From assembly GCA_044869275.1 (NCBI GenBank), contig JBIOXB010000241.1, positions 1-64,000 of the forward strand: a stretch of DNA of 64,000 bases, in the 5' to 3' direction. Positions 55,476 through 64,000 of the stretch are shown here, in pieces. The translations under genes were made by a program, and so were the position numbers. Within the stretch, counting starts at the first letter, position 1. Each line of letters opens with the position of its first letter. This DNA comes from a bacterium (GTDB lineage Bacteria; Zhuqueibacterota; Zhuqueibacteria; Zhuqueibacterales; Zhuqueibacteraceae). Below the pieces are notes generated by a model that saw only the letters and a list, made by a program, of their open reading frames with translations, was not told the origin of the DNA and did no database searches.

Positions 55476-56483
55476 CTAGCGCTGGCGGCGGTATTTAGGA
55501 TTTTCGAAGGAGAATCTCGCCGACACGCGGTGGGAATTGCCCAAATCGTCGTGGCTCAGGAAGGCATAATCAAACTGAAATTTTTGCAGGATAATCCCAG
55601 CGCCGGCGGTGAAATTGCCTATGTCCGATCCCAACCGCAAGGCGACGACTTCGCGAAATTGATATTCCCAACCTAGATGCGAATCCACGCTCACCGGGCC
55701 GGAGGAAAACTGCGCGGCATAGTCACGGCCTTCGAAGCGAATGTCGAAATCCAGGGCGGGCGCCATGGATCCGCCCAGCCCCTTGATCTGCAAGGGATAG
55801 GCGACGCCTGCTTTCAAGGTCGGTATGATGATTTCGCGCGCGCCGGTGTTCCAAGCCAGGACGGTCGTGGTCAGATCCTGCAAATTCAATCCGATCTGCA
55901 AATCGCCGACCGGCTTGAACAGCGTTGCCAGATCAAAGCCCAACCCCCAGGCGGAGAAATCTCCGATGCTCTTGTGAATGATTTTGACATTGGCGCCCCA
56001 CGACCATCTTTCGCTTTTCTGCGAGGCATAACTCAAGAACAGGGCATATTCCGCGTCTGAGATCGTTCGCTCTTTATAAGGCTTGTTCGTCGCGTCCAAC
56101 TTGAGCTCGGGATTGGTGAGCTTGGTGACAAAAATATCATCCACACCCAGACGAATCAAGCCAACGCCCAGGCTGCGATTTGCGCCCAGCGGCATGGCAA
56201 AACTGCCGTAGTTGTAGTTGACCACGCCCTCGAACTGTTCCGAATGCATGAGCATGATTTGTGGATATTCGAGCTGCGCCAACCCGGCGGGATTCCAATA
56301 GCCGGCGGTGACATCGTTGGCGAGTGCGCTATAGGCGCTGCCCATGCCCAGTCCCCGGCCGCCCGCACCCAAAGTCAAAAATTCACCGCCGTATTTGGCG
56401 GTACGGAAGCTGTCCCCGGCGAAACCGAGTGCGGCGATGAAAAGCTGGGAAAAAACCGAAAGCGAAAAAAGGCGTTTAAGCAT
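55476..56483 (-). CDS. PorV/PorQ-family outer-membrane beta-barrel
   Basis: FLTLGAGGRGLGMG.A...NDVTAGYWNPAGL, alternating beta-strands, LGNSHRVS. Start MLKRLF. Confidence 0.85.
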   Translation of the reverse strand: MLKRLFSLSVFSQLFIAALGFAGDSFRTAKYGGEFLTLGAGGRGLGMGSAYSALANDVTAGYWNPAGLAQLEYPQIMLMHSEQFEGVVNYNYGSFAMPLGANRSLGVGLIRLGVDDIFVTKLTNPELKLDATNKPYKERTISDAEYALFLSYASQKSERWSWGANVKIIHKSIGDFSAWGLGFDLATLFKPVGDLQIGLNLQDLTTTVLAWNTGAREIIIPTLKAGVAYPLQIKGLGGSMAPALDFDIRFEGRDYAAQFSSGPVSVDSHLGWEYQFREVVALRLGSDIGNFTAGAGIILQKFQFDYAFLSHDDLGNSHRVSARFSFENPKYRRQR

Positions 56484-56606
56484 TGTTAGGTTACTCAAGA
56501 TTCTGGTCGTCTGAGCTGAGTTTGCTCGTTGGCAGAGCCTCTATTCCAATTACGGGTGCCGCTCTCAATTAAATGCAGGACGAATTCATTCTGAAAAGAG
56601 CCAAAC

Positions 56607-59270
56607 TTATTGATTCAACTTACGATTCTTCAAAGGGTTTCCATTAGAGACTATATTTTGCAATTCCGCCAACTTCTGCAAAGCCTGTAAAGGCGTCATG
56701 CCATCCACTTCTAATGCCAACAGCTCCTCCCGCAAGCTGAACTCTTGTTCAGAAAATAAGTCAACCTGTCTGGCACTTGCAAGTGAATTATTCCCTTCCG
56801 GCAGATTGCCGCGTTCAATGGATTGTTGCTCCAGTTTCGTCAAAACTTGTTTGGCACGCTGAATGACTGCCGACGGCATGCCAGCCAGTTGGGCAACTTG
56901 GATGCCATAGCTGTGATCGCAACCACCTTCGACGATGCGGCGCAGAAAGACCACTTGATCACCCCATTCTTTCACCAAGACATTGTAGTTCTTCACGCGC
57001 GCGTGGCGATTGGCCAATTCGGTCAGTTCATGGTAGTGCGTCGCGAACAAGGTGCGCGCGGCGATTTTGGGATTATCGTGCATGTATTCGATTACCGCCC
57101 ATGCAATCGACAAGCCGTCATAAGTGCTCGTGCCGCGCCCGATTTCATCCAATAACACCAAGCTGCGAGGCGTGGCATTGTTGAGAATGTTTGCGGTTTC
57201 GTTCATTTCAACCAAGAAAGTGCTTTCCCCGCCGGCAAGATTGTCCGAAGCGCCGACGCGCGTGAAGATTTTATCCACGACTCCGATGCGCGCTTCCGCT
57301 GCCGGCACAAATGAGCCGAGTTGTGCCATCAAAACGATCAACGCCACTTGACGTAAATAAGTCGATTTGCCCGCCATGTTCGGCCCGGTAATTAGCAGAA
57401 TCTGATGGCCTTGATCATCGAGATAAGTGTCATTCGGCACGAACGTTTCGCCAAAGGGCAGCAGTTTTTCCACGACCGGATGCCGGCCCTGCTTGATCTC
57501 CAAAATCGCGGAATCATCCATGCTCGGGCGGACATACTTTTGCGCCTGCGCCAGCTCCGCCAAAGCAAGCAAGCAATCAATCATGGCCAGGGCCCGGGCA
57601 TTTTTTTGCAGAGCCGCGGCTTGCGCCGCGACCTTTTGCCGCAAGGCCTCAAAGAGCTGATATTCGAGCGTGACCATCTTTTCTTCGGCTTGCAGCACTT
57701 GCTCTTCATATTCTTTCAATTCCGGCGTAATGTAGCGCTCGGCATTTGACAAGGTCTGCTTGCGAATGTACGATTCCGGCACTTTGGCCAGATTGGGATT
57801 CGTCACTTCGATATAATAGCCGAAGACTTTATTGTATCCCACCTTCAAAGAGCTGATGCCGCTGCGCTCACGCTCGGTAGCTTGCAGTTTCGCAATCCAA
57901 TCCTTGCCATGCGCGGTCAAATGGCGCAATTGATCCAGCTCGCTCGAGTAGCCCGGCCGGAAAATATTGCCTTCCGTGATCGACAAGGGCGGATCCTCGA
58001 CCAGCGCGCGGCGCAATTCCAGCGTCAATTCCGGCAGCGGCTCGAGCCGGGCGGTGTTTTCCCGCAACACGCGGCTTTCGAATTCCTGCAGCAGGCCTTT
58101 AATCACTGGAAGTTGTTCTTGCGTGGCGCGCACCGCGCATAATTCCCGCGCGTTGGCGCGCGCCGTGCTGACTTTTGAGATCAATCTTTCCAGATCGCCG
58201 AGACCGCGCAGCATGTCGGCGAGTTGATCGCGCACGCGACTCTTGCCGATAAACTCTTCCACCGCATCGTGGCGCTCGCGAATCGGATCGATCTGGCACA
58301 GCGGGTGTAAAATCCATTGCAAGAGCATGCGGCCGCCCATGGCGGTGCGCGTGCGATCCAGCACGCTGAGCAAAGTGGCGTGCTGGCTGTCTCCCCGCAG
58401 CCCACGAATCAACTCCAAATTTCGCCGGGTCGAAGGGTCGAGCGCGACAAACTCCTGCGCGTGCCGCCGCGCCATGGTGGTGAGGTGCTGCAACCGGCCT
58501 TTTTGCGTTTCGGCCACATAAGCTAACGCCGCACCGGCGGCGCTTATTCCACAAGTCAAATCATCACAGCCAAATCCTTTGAGCGTGAGCGTGCGAAAGT
58601 GACGGGTGAGCGTCGCATATGCATGATCGTACGCAAATAACCAGCCCTCGCGTGTGGTCACCAGGGCACCGGGCGAATGGCGCAATTGCTGCTGCAGCCA
58701 ATCCGCATATTCGGCCGCAATTAGAATTTCCGAAGGCTCGATGTCTTGCAGAACCTCCGGCAAGCATTCCACGGAAAATTCATCGGCCAGAAACTCGCCG
58801 GTCGAAAAATCGAGCTGCGCCATGCCCACCAGCTTCTTATGAGGGTAGAGCGACAACAAAAAATTATTGCGGCGGCTGGTCAACAAACCATCGGCCAGCG
58901 TGGTGCCGGGTGTGACAATTTCCGTGACTTCGCGCTTGACGATGATTTTTGCCAGTTTCGGGTCTTCGGTCTGCTCGCAAATGGCGACGCGATGCCCGGC
59001 GCGGACCATTTTAGTGAGATACGTTTCAAGCGCGTGATGCGGAAACCCGGCCAGCGGCACTTCCGCCGCTTTCCCGTGCGCACGCGCCGTGAGCGTCAAT
59101 CCCAGCACGGCACTGGCGGTTTTGGCGTCGTCATAGAACATCTCATAAAAATCGCCCATGCGGAAAAACAAGATGGCGTCCTGGTGTTGCGCCTTGATCG
59201 CCAAGTATTGCCGCATCAGCGGTGTGCTGGCATCATCTTTGGCATCGCCGTTTTCATGCGGAGATTTCAT
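56607..59270 (-). CDS. mutS: DNA mismatch repair protein MutS
   Basis: TPLMRQY, FRMGDFYE, TGPNMAGKSTY, STFLVEM, DEIGRGT, ATHYHEL, SYGI. Confidence 0.98.
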   Translation of the reverse strand: MKSPHENGDAKDDASTPLMRQYLAIKAQHQDAILFFRMGDFYEMFYDDAKTASAVLGLTLTARAHGKAAEVPLAGFPHHALETYLTKMVRAGHRVAICEQTEDPKLAKIIVKREVTEIVTPGTTLADGLLTSRRNNFLLSLYPHKKLVGMAQLDFSTGEFLADEFSVECLPEVLQDIEPSEILIAAEYADWLQQQLRHSPGALVTTREGWLFAYDHAYATLTRHFRTLTLKGFGCDDLTCGISAAGAALAYVAETQKGRLQHLTTMARRHAQEFVALDPSTRRNLELIRGLRGDSQHATLLSVLDRTRTAMGGRMLLQWILHPLCQIDPIRERHDAVEEFIGKSRVRDQLADMLRGLGDLERLISKVSTARANARELCAVRATQEQLPVIKGLLQEFESRVLRENTARLEPLPELTLELRRALVEDPPLSITEGNIFRPGYSSELDQLRHLTAHGKDWIAKLQATERERSGISSLKVGYNKVFGYYIEVTNPNLAKVPESYIRKQTLSNAERYITPELKEYEEQVLQAEEKMVTLEYQLFEALRQKVAAQAAALQKNARALAMIDCLLALAELAQAQKYVRPSMDDSAILEIKQGRHPVVEKLLPFGETFVPNDTYLDDQGHQILLITGPNMAGKSTYLRQVALIVLMAQLGSFVPAAEARIGVVDKIFTRVGASDNLAGGESTFLVEMNETANILNNATPRSLVLLDEIGRGTSTYDGLSIAWAVIEYMHDNPKIAARTLFATHYHELTELANRHARVKNYNVLVKEWGDQVVFLRRIVEGGCDHSYGIQVAQLAGMPSAVIQRAKQVLTKLEQQSIERGNLPEGNNSLASARQVDLFSEQEFSLREELLALEVDGMTPLQALQKLAELQNIVSNGNPLKNRKLNQ

Positions 59271-59357
59271 GAAGTATTGCCGATCAAAATGACAAGAGCA
59301 GAGCACGGTGCGACAATTTAACACGTGGGCGCAAAAAAGCAAGGGCGGCGAACGAAG

Positions 59358-60233
59358 TCATTTTCTCACATCCTCTCCCCAATGCAATTTCGCGCGCAGC
59401 AGGTCGTAAAACCCGGCAGAGTGCGGTCCGATTTTGCGCACGAGCTTGATGCTATAATCCGCTTTGCGGATTTCCACGGGCGTGCCAGGCGCGATTTTGC
59501 GAATATTTTGCCCGTCCGCGGAAAGACTGATCTGGATTTCGCCGCCGCTCAATTCCACACGCACGATTTTCTCGTCGGGAATGACCACCGGCCGTGCGCT
59601 CAGGGAATGCGGGCACACCGGGGTGATGACCAGCGCGTTCATTTCCGGCGACAAAATGGGTCCGCCAGCAGAAAGCGAATAGGCGGTCGAGCCCGTGGGC
59701 GTCGCGATGATCAGCCCGTCAGCAATATAAGTGCTCAGATACTCATTGTCGATGTGAGTCTTCAGGCGTACAATGCGATAATGCCCGCCGCGGTCGATGA
59801 CAAAATCGTTCATGGCATACAGGGTCGCGGGCGCCGCCTCGCACAGCACGCGCGCCTGCAGCACCATGCGCTTCTGGATGGCATAATTCCCCGCCAGGAT
59901 GCCCTCCAGTGCGGGATAGAATTCCTCCGGCCCTATTTCTACTAAAAAGCCCAAGCCCCCGAATTTCACCCCTAAAATCGGCACGGCTTCGCGGCCAATC
60001 AGGTGCGCGGTCGAGAGAATCGTGCCGTCGCCGCCGAGCGAGATCACCATATCGCAGCCGCGAAACACCTGCGGGTATGGCGCGATGGTTAGGCCTGCAG
60101 CCGGCAAATTCAAAAACTGCGCGAGATCTTCGGCCACCACCACCTCCGCCCGGCGGGACAGCCAGTTCAGCCAGGGTGGCACGATTTCTTTTATGGCCGT
60201 GTGGCGCAGATTGGCAAGAATGGCAAAGCGCAT
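59358..60233 (-). CDS. nadK: NAD kinase
   Basis: GGDGT, GLGFL, ND, ADGLIIATPTGSTAYSLSAGGP. Confidence 0.96.
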   Translation of the reverse strand: MRFAILANLRHTAIKEIVPPWLNWLSRRAEVVVAEDLAQFLNLPAAGLTIAPYPQVFRGCDMVISLGGDGTILSTAHLIGREAVPILGVKFGGLGFLVEIGPEEFYPALEGILAGNYAIQKRMVLQARVLCEAAPATLYAMNDFVIDRGGHYRIVRLKTHIDNEYLSTYIADGLIIATPTGSTAYSLSAGGPILSPEMNALVITPVCPHSLSARPVVIPDEKIVRVELSGGEIQISLSADGQNIRKIAPGTPVEIRKADYSIKLVRKIGPHSAGFYDLLRAKLHWGEDVRK

Positions 60234-60252
60234 AGTCCGGTTCGAGGTGAAA

Positions 60253-60516
60253 TTATTCTTCTTCCCTTGCTTCGATCAATTCCAACTGGAAGCCGCGCTC
60301 GGTTTTGACCAAGCGCTCGATCTTTTTTTCCACTTCCTGCAAACGTTGCGAGCAGCGGCGGTAAAGCTCCATGCCTTCCTCGAAAATTTTGACCGCCTCG
60401 TCGAGCGCGATCTCACCCTGCTCGAGCTGTGCGACAATGTCATCGAGACGTTGCATCGCCGCTTCAAAGGCAAAAGCGCCCTCGGGAGCAACGGAAGTTT
60501 TAGCAGGCTTTTTCAT
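60253..60516 (-). CDS. xseB: Exodeoxyribonuclease VII small subunit
   Basis: FEAAMQRLDDIVAQLEQGEIALDEAVKIFEEG. Confidence 0.95.
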   Translation of the reverse strand: MKKPAKTSVAPEGAFAFEAAMQRLDDIVAQLEQGEIALDEAVKIFEEGMELYRRCSQRLQEVEKKIERLVKTERGFQLELIEAREEE

Positions 60517-61799
60517 CGCGGACCCCTCCCCTTTATTTTTTCCTTGATTTGCGCGCGCGCGGCATCGCGCGCGAACTGAATGCGGACCATTTCTTCTTCT
60601 TGGATATTGCCGGCGTCCCGCATGAGCTTCTGATCGCGCTCACGCCACACCAGCGCAAAGCCGCGGCGCAGCACATTTTCATGGCTGAGCGCCTGCAAGC
60701 GATGGTAAACTCCGTTCAAGCCATTTTGCTGTTGCCGCAAGATCTGGCGCGTGGCTTGCAGGAGGCGGCGCTGCTGCTCATCGAGCTCCTGGCGGCGTTG
60801 GCGCAGCACGTCTGCCGGCCGATGCATGCCGTAACTGCTTTGAAATCGCGACAAGCGCTCGCGCCAAGCCTGCAAATTCCTTTGCCAATGCAGGAGTGCG
60901 CGCTGCATGAGATGCCGCAAGCCGCGCCGTATTTCATCCGCATCGGGCACGGCTATCTCCGCGGCGGCGGAGGGTGTGGCAGCGCGCACGTCGGCAACAA
61001 AATCGCTGATGCTGAAATCAATCTCATGGCCAACGGCGGAGATGACCGGCAAAGCGCTGGCGTAAATCGCGCGTGCGACAATTTCTTCGTTGAACGGCCA
61101 CAAATCTTCGAGCGAGCCTCCGCCCCGGCCCACAATCAACAATTCGACCTGCCCATATTCATTGAACTCCGCAATCGCTTGCGCGATTTCTTCGGCAGCA
61201 CCGTGGCCTTGTACGCGCACCGGCCGCAGAATGATTTTGATGCCCGGCCAGCGCCGGCGCAAAACGCTGATCAAGTCGTGAAGCGCCGCGCCGGTGGGCG
61301 AGGTGACCAGCCCCACGCCTTGCGGAAATCTCGGCAAAGAGATCTTGTGGGCGGCGTCGAACAATCCCTCTTGCGCCAGTCTTATTTTGAGCTGTTCGAA
61401 AGCTGCCTGCAACGCGCCCAGCCCTGCAGGCTGCATTTGCCAGGCTTCGAGCTGGTAATAGCCGCGTTTTTCATAAACCGTGATTTGGCCGTGGACCAGC
61501 ACTTGCATGCCGTCGCGGGGCACAAAATACAGCCCGCGGTTGCGGCCGGCCCACATCACGACGGGAATCTGCGCGCCCTCATCCTTCAAGGAAAAATAAA
61601 AATGGCCGGAGTCGTGGCGTTTGAAATTGGAGATTTCACCACTCACCCAGAGCGGCGGCAATTCGTTTTCCAGCAAAGATTTGATGCACCGCGTGAGCTC
61701 CGAGATGGTGAAAACCTCGCGTGTGGCCGCGGGAGAAATTGTGGAGGAAGATTTTTTCACAGGGCGAAGATTTTTTATGCGGATCGAGGTGGCGCTCAT
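60513..61799 (-). CDS. xseA: Exodeoxyribonuclease VII large subunit
   Basis: GEISN, SGHFYFSLKD, TSPTGAA, RGGGSLEDL, SAVGHEID, ATPSAAAE. Start approximate. Confidence 0.97.
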   Translation of the reverse strand: MSATSIRIKNLRPVKKSSSTISPAATREVFTISELTRCIKSLLENELPPLWVSGEISNFKRHDSGHFYFSLKDEGAQIPVVMWAGRNRGLYFVPRDGMQVLVHGQITVYEKRGYYQLEAWQMQPAGLGALQAAFEQLKIRLAQEGLFDAAHKISLPRFPQGVGLVTSPTGAALHDLISVLRRRWPGIKIILRPVRVQGHGAAEEIAQAIAEFNEYGQVELLIVGRGGGSLEDLWPFNEEIVARAIYASALPVISAVGHEIDFSISDFVADVRAATPSAAAEIAVPDADEIRRGLRHLMQRALLHWQRNLQAWRERLSRFQSSYGMHRPADVLRQRRQELDEQQRRLLQATRQILRQQQNGLNGVYHRLQALSHENVLRRGFALVWRERDQKLMRDAGNIQEEEMVRIQFARDAARAQIKEKIKGRGPR

Positions 61800-61867
61800 G
61801 CCGCCGGATGTCTGCTTAACACTTGGAGCTCCCCTCAAAAAACTCATTCGGTATGCCGAGCGAGATT

Positions 61868-64000
61868 TCAAATCAAATACGGTGAAGCCGAACCCCTCTC
61901 CTGTTCTTCAGGCGTCTCCACTTGATTTTTTTCCTGCGCCGGCTGCGGATTGATGGGAAGATCGACAATGAATCTCGTGCCCTTTCCGACCTCCGACTGC
62001 ACGGTAATTTCCCCGCCGTGTTCGTTGACGATGTGCCGGCATATCGCCAGGCCCAAGCCGGTGCCGTGCAGCTTGGTCGTAAAGAAAGGCGTGAAGATAT
62101 TGTCCATGAGCTCGGGTTTAATGCCGCTGCCGGTGTCACGCACGACCAGACGGTGCTTGAGCGGCGACAAGCGGATCGTGCTCACTTCCAGCTCGCCGCC
62201 ATTGGTCATGGCTTGAATGCCGTTGCGCATCAAATTCAACAGCAGTTGATTCATCTGTACGGGATCGAGCAGCATGTTCGGCAATGCGAGATCGAGGTTC
62301 TTTTTGATCGTGACGTGGCTGGCTTGCGCTTCGCCCTGCAGCAGGGTGCAAACATCTTCCACACTGCGATTGAGTTCCACGCTTTGCCGTGAGGACGAAG
62401 GCAAGCGCGTGAAATCCAGGACGTCGGCCAGTATTCTTTCCAGGCGAAGCACTTCGCTGGCAATAATCGCAGTGGTGGCCCTGAGCTCTTCCCCGTCTTG
62501 CGTTTGGCGGGTGAGCGTGCGCGCGAACCCGCCGATGGTCACCAGGGGATTGCGGATTTCATGCGCGACGTGCGCGGCCATTTTTCCGATCGCCGCCAAG
62601 CGTTCGGCATGCACCAGGCGTTTGTGCGTCGCCTGCAATTCTTCGTAGGCGCGCTCGAGCTTGCGCTTTTCCAGCGCCAGGCGGCGATAAGTTTCCGCCT
62701 TCTCGATGGCCTGCGCCGCCTGGCTGGCGAACAGTTCCAGCAAGGAAATATGATCGGCATCGATGGGCAATTTGCTGAAGAAATTATCGGCGAGGATGAA
62801 CCCCATCAAAAAATCCTTCGCCACCAAGGGCACTGCGACAAAATCGGAGAGCCGCAGCGCGGAAAAAATCTGCTGGCAGGCGGAGGATTCAGGTTTGCCC
62901 AGCGGGCCGCGATAAGTATGGCGCTGCAAGATTTGTTTGAGAAAATCCGAGCCCTTTGCATCCACGGGAATGGCCTGCTGCCGCACCAGGGCATCGAGGG
63001 GCGTGGCGGTTTTGGGCCGGTGTTTGCCGTACTTTTCCAGAAAATCTTCGAGCGAGATGTGCTCTCTGGCCAAATCTTCCCACACGCGATGCGCTTCTTC
63101 CTCATTCGCCGGGCCGACGCCCATTTTACCCAGCAAATTCTGGCGGGTGCGATCCATCAAGAAGATCATCGCACGCGTGTAGCCGAAGGCCGGGCCCGCG
63201 GTGATCGCGGTCAAAATCAAATGCAGTAAATCATCCAGGTCGATCACGCTCTGCAGCGCCAGGCCGATGGTGGAGAGCATTTGCAGTTGCTCGTCGCGCT
63301 TTTGCGTTTCGGTGACGTCTTCCACCACCCCGACGACGCCGTCCAATTCACCCGAAGCTTTTTGCAGGGGCACGCTGTGCACGTTCAGAACGCGATGGCG
63401 CTCCCCGTTCTTGGTAAAGTGAAAATGGCGAATCCGCCACGAGGTCTGGCCGGTGAGCACGCGTGCTACGGCGGTGCGCAGAAACGTATCGCGCAACAGG
63501 GGCGCGTCAAAAACGCTCTGGTTCACCAGTGCTTGTTCTTCGCCACCGAGCAAACGCGATAACACGCGATTGGCCTGCCGCAGGCGGCCTTCGGGATCCG
63601 TGGAAAAAATGCCGATGGGCGCGGTGCGCATCAGCAGTTCGAGGTAATCGCGCGTGGTCTGCACTTCCTGCGCCAGCTGGCGGTTGCGGCGTTGAATATC
63701 GGAAATGATGAAGACATTTTCGATGACGTTGGTCAACTCGCGCAGGCCGAAGGGCTTCTGCAGATACGCGCTCACGCCCTGCTCGAGCAGCGCCGTTTTG
63801 GTGTTGTCATCGTCGTGCTTGGCCGTGAGCATGATGACGGGCGTGTCGCACACTTCGCGATAGAGCGGATTCTGCTTGAGCTCCGCAAAAACTTCCGCGC
63901 CATTCATGTTGGGCATGACGTAATCCAACAGCACCAGATCGGGGCGATGCGCCAGCACCGCTTTTAGGCCTTCGGCGCCATCATGAGCGGAGAGCAATTT
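61868..64000 (-). CDS. Hybrid sensor histidine kinase (REC-PAS-GAF-HisKA-HATPase), 5' end outside the window
   Basis: DLVLLDYVMP and QKPF receiver; PAS; GAF; AHEIRNPL; NLMRNG, DTGSGI, FFTTK..GTGLGL. Confidence 0.93.
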   Translation of the reverse strand, partial: KLLSAHDGAEGLKAVLAHRPDLVLLDYVMPNMNGAEVFAELKQNPLYREVCDTPVIMLTAKHDDDNTKTALLEQGVSAYLQKPFGLRELTNVIENVFIISDIQRRNRQLAQEVQTTRDYLELLMRTAPIGIFSTDPEGRLRQANRVLSRLLGGEEQALVNQSVFDAPLLRDTFLRTAVARVLTGQTSWRIRHFHFTKNGERHRVLNVHSVPLQKASGELDGVVGVVEDVTETQKRDEQLQMLSTIGLALQSVIDLDDLLHLILTAITAGPAFGYTRAMIFLMDRTRQNLLGKMGVGPANEEEAHRVWEDLAREHISLEDFLEKYGKHRPKTATPLDALVRQQAIPVDAKGSDFLKQILQRHTYRGPLGKPESSACQQIFSALRLSDFVAVPLVAKDFLMGFILADNFFSKLPIDADHISLLELFASQAAQAIEKAETYRRLALEKRKLERAYEELQATHKRLVHAERLAAIGKMAAHVAHEIRNPLVTIGGFARTLTRQTQDGEELRATTAIIASEVLRLERILADVLDFTRLPSSSRQSVELNRSVEDVCTLLQGEAQASHVTIKKNLDLALPNMLLDPVQMNQLLLNLMRNGIQAMTNGGELEVSTIRLSPLKHRLVVRDTGSGIKPELMDNIFTPFFTTKLHGTGLGLAICRHIVNEHGGEITVQSEVGKGTRFIVDLPINPQPAQEKNQVETPEEQERGSASPYLI

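Overview
64 kb of GC-rich bacterial chromosome from an FCB-superphylum organism, most consistent with a KSB1/Calditrichota-like lineage. This is inferred from the FCB-type RNAP omega, 'YPNPFNP' C-terminal sorting domains, PorV/PorZ/PorP-like genes and membrane Ser/Thr kinase-TPR proteins. Most of 22-64 kb is minus-strand housekeeping: dnaE, recN, riboflavin operon, class II RNR, nadD, bamD, ruvX, HU, rel, dnaB, coaBC, rpoZ, gmk, yicC, mutS, NAD kinase, xseAB and a partial hybrid histidine kinase. The first 10 kb holds two paralogous secreted Asp-box propeller proteins, a thiI-trmI-deoxyhypusine-synthase-like-DinB operon and tRNA-Pro(CGG). The most interesting part is 10.7-22 kb, an apparent signalling module. 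It comprises a membrane Ser/Thr kinase-TPR receptor plus two decayed tandem copies, a GAF-sigma54 enhancer-binding protein, and two duplicated enhancer/sigma54-like promoter cassettes each placed before a lipoprotein gene. Two patterns cut across the window. First, several sequence-distinct 7-bp-periodic palindromic elements occur between genes and even in-frame inside the kinase. Second, several gene remnants (nrfH, kinase copies, histidine-kinase scraps) were collapsed by internal deletions, some at microhomologies. No CRISPR array, rRNA or intact transposase was seen. Functional calls come from motif recognition by eye; no database searches were run.
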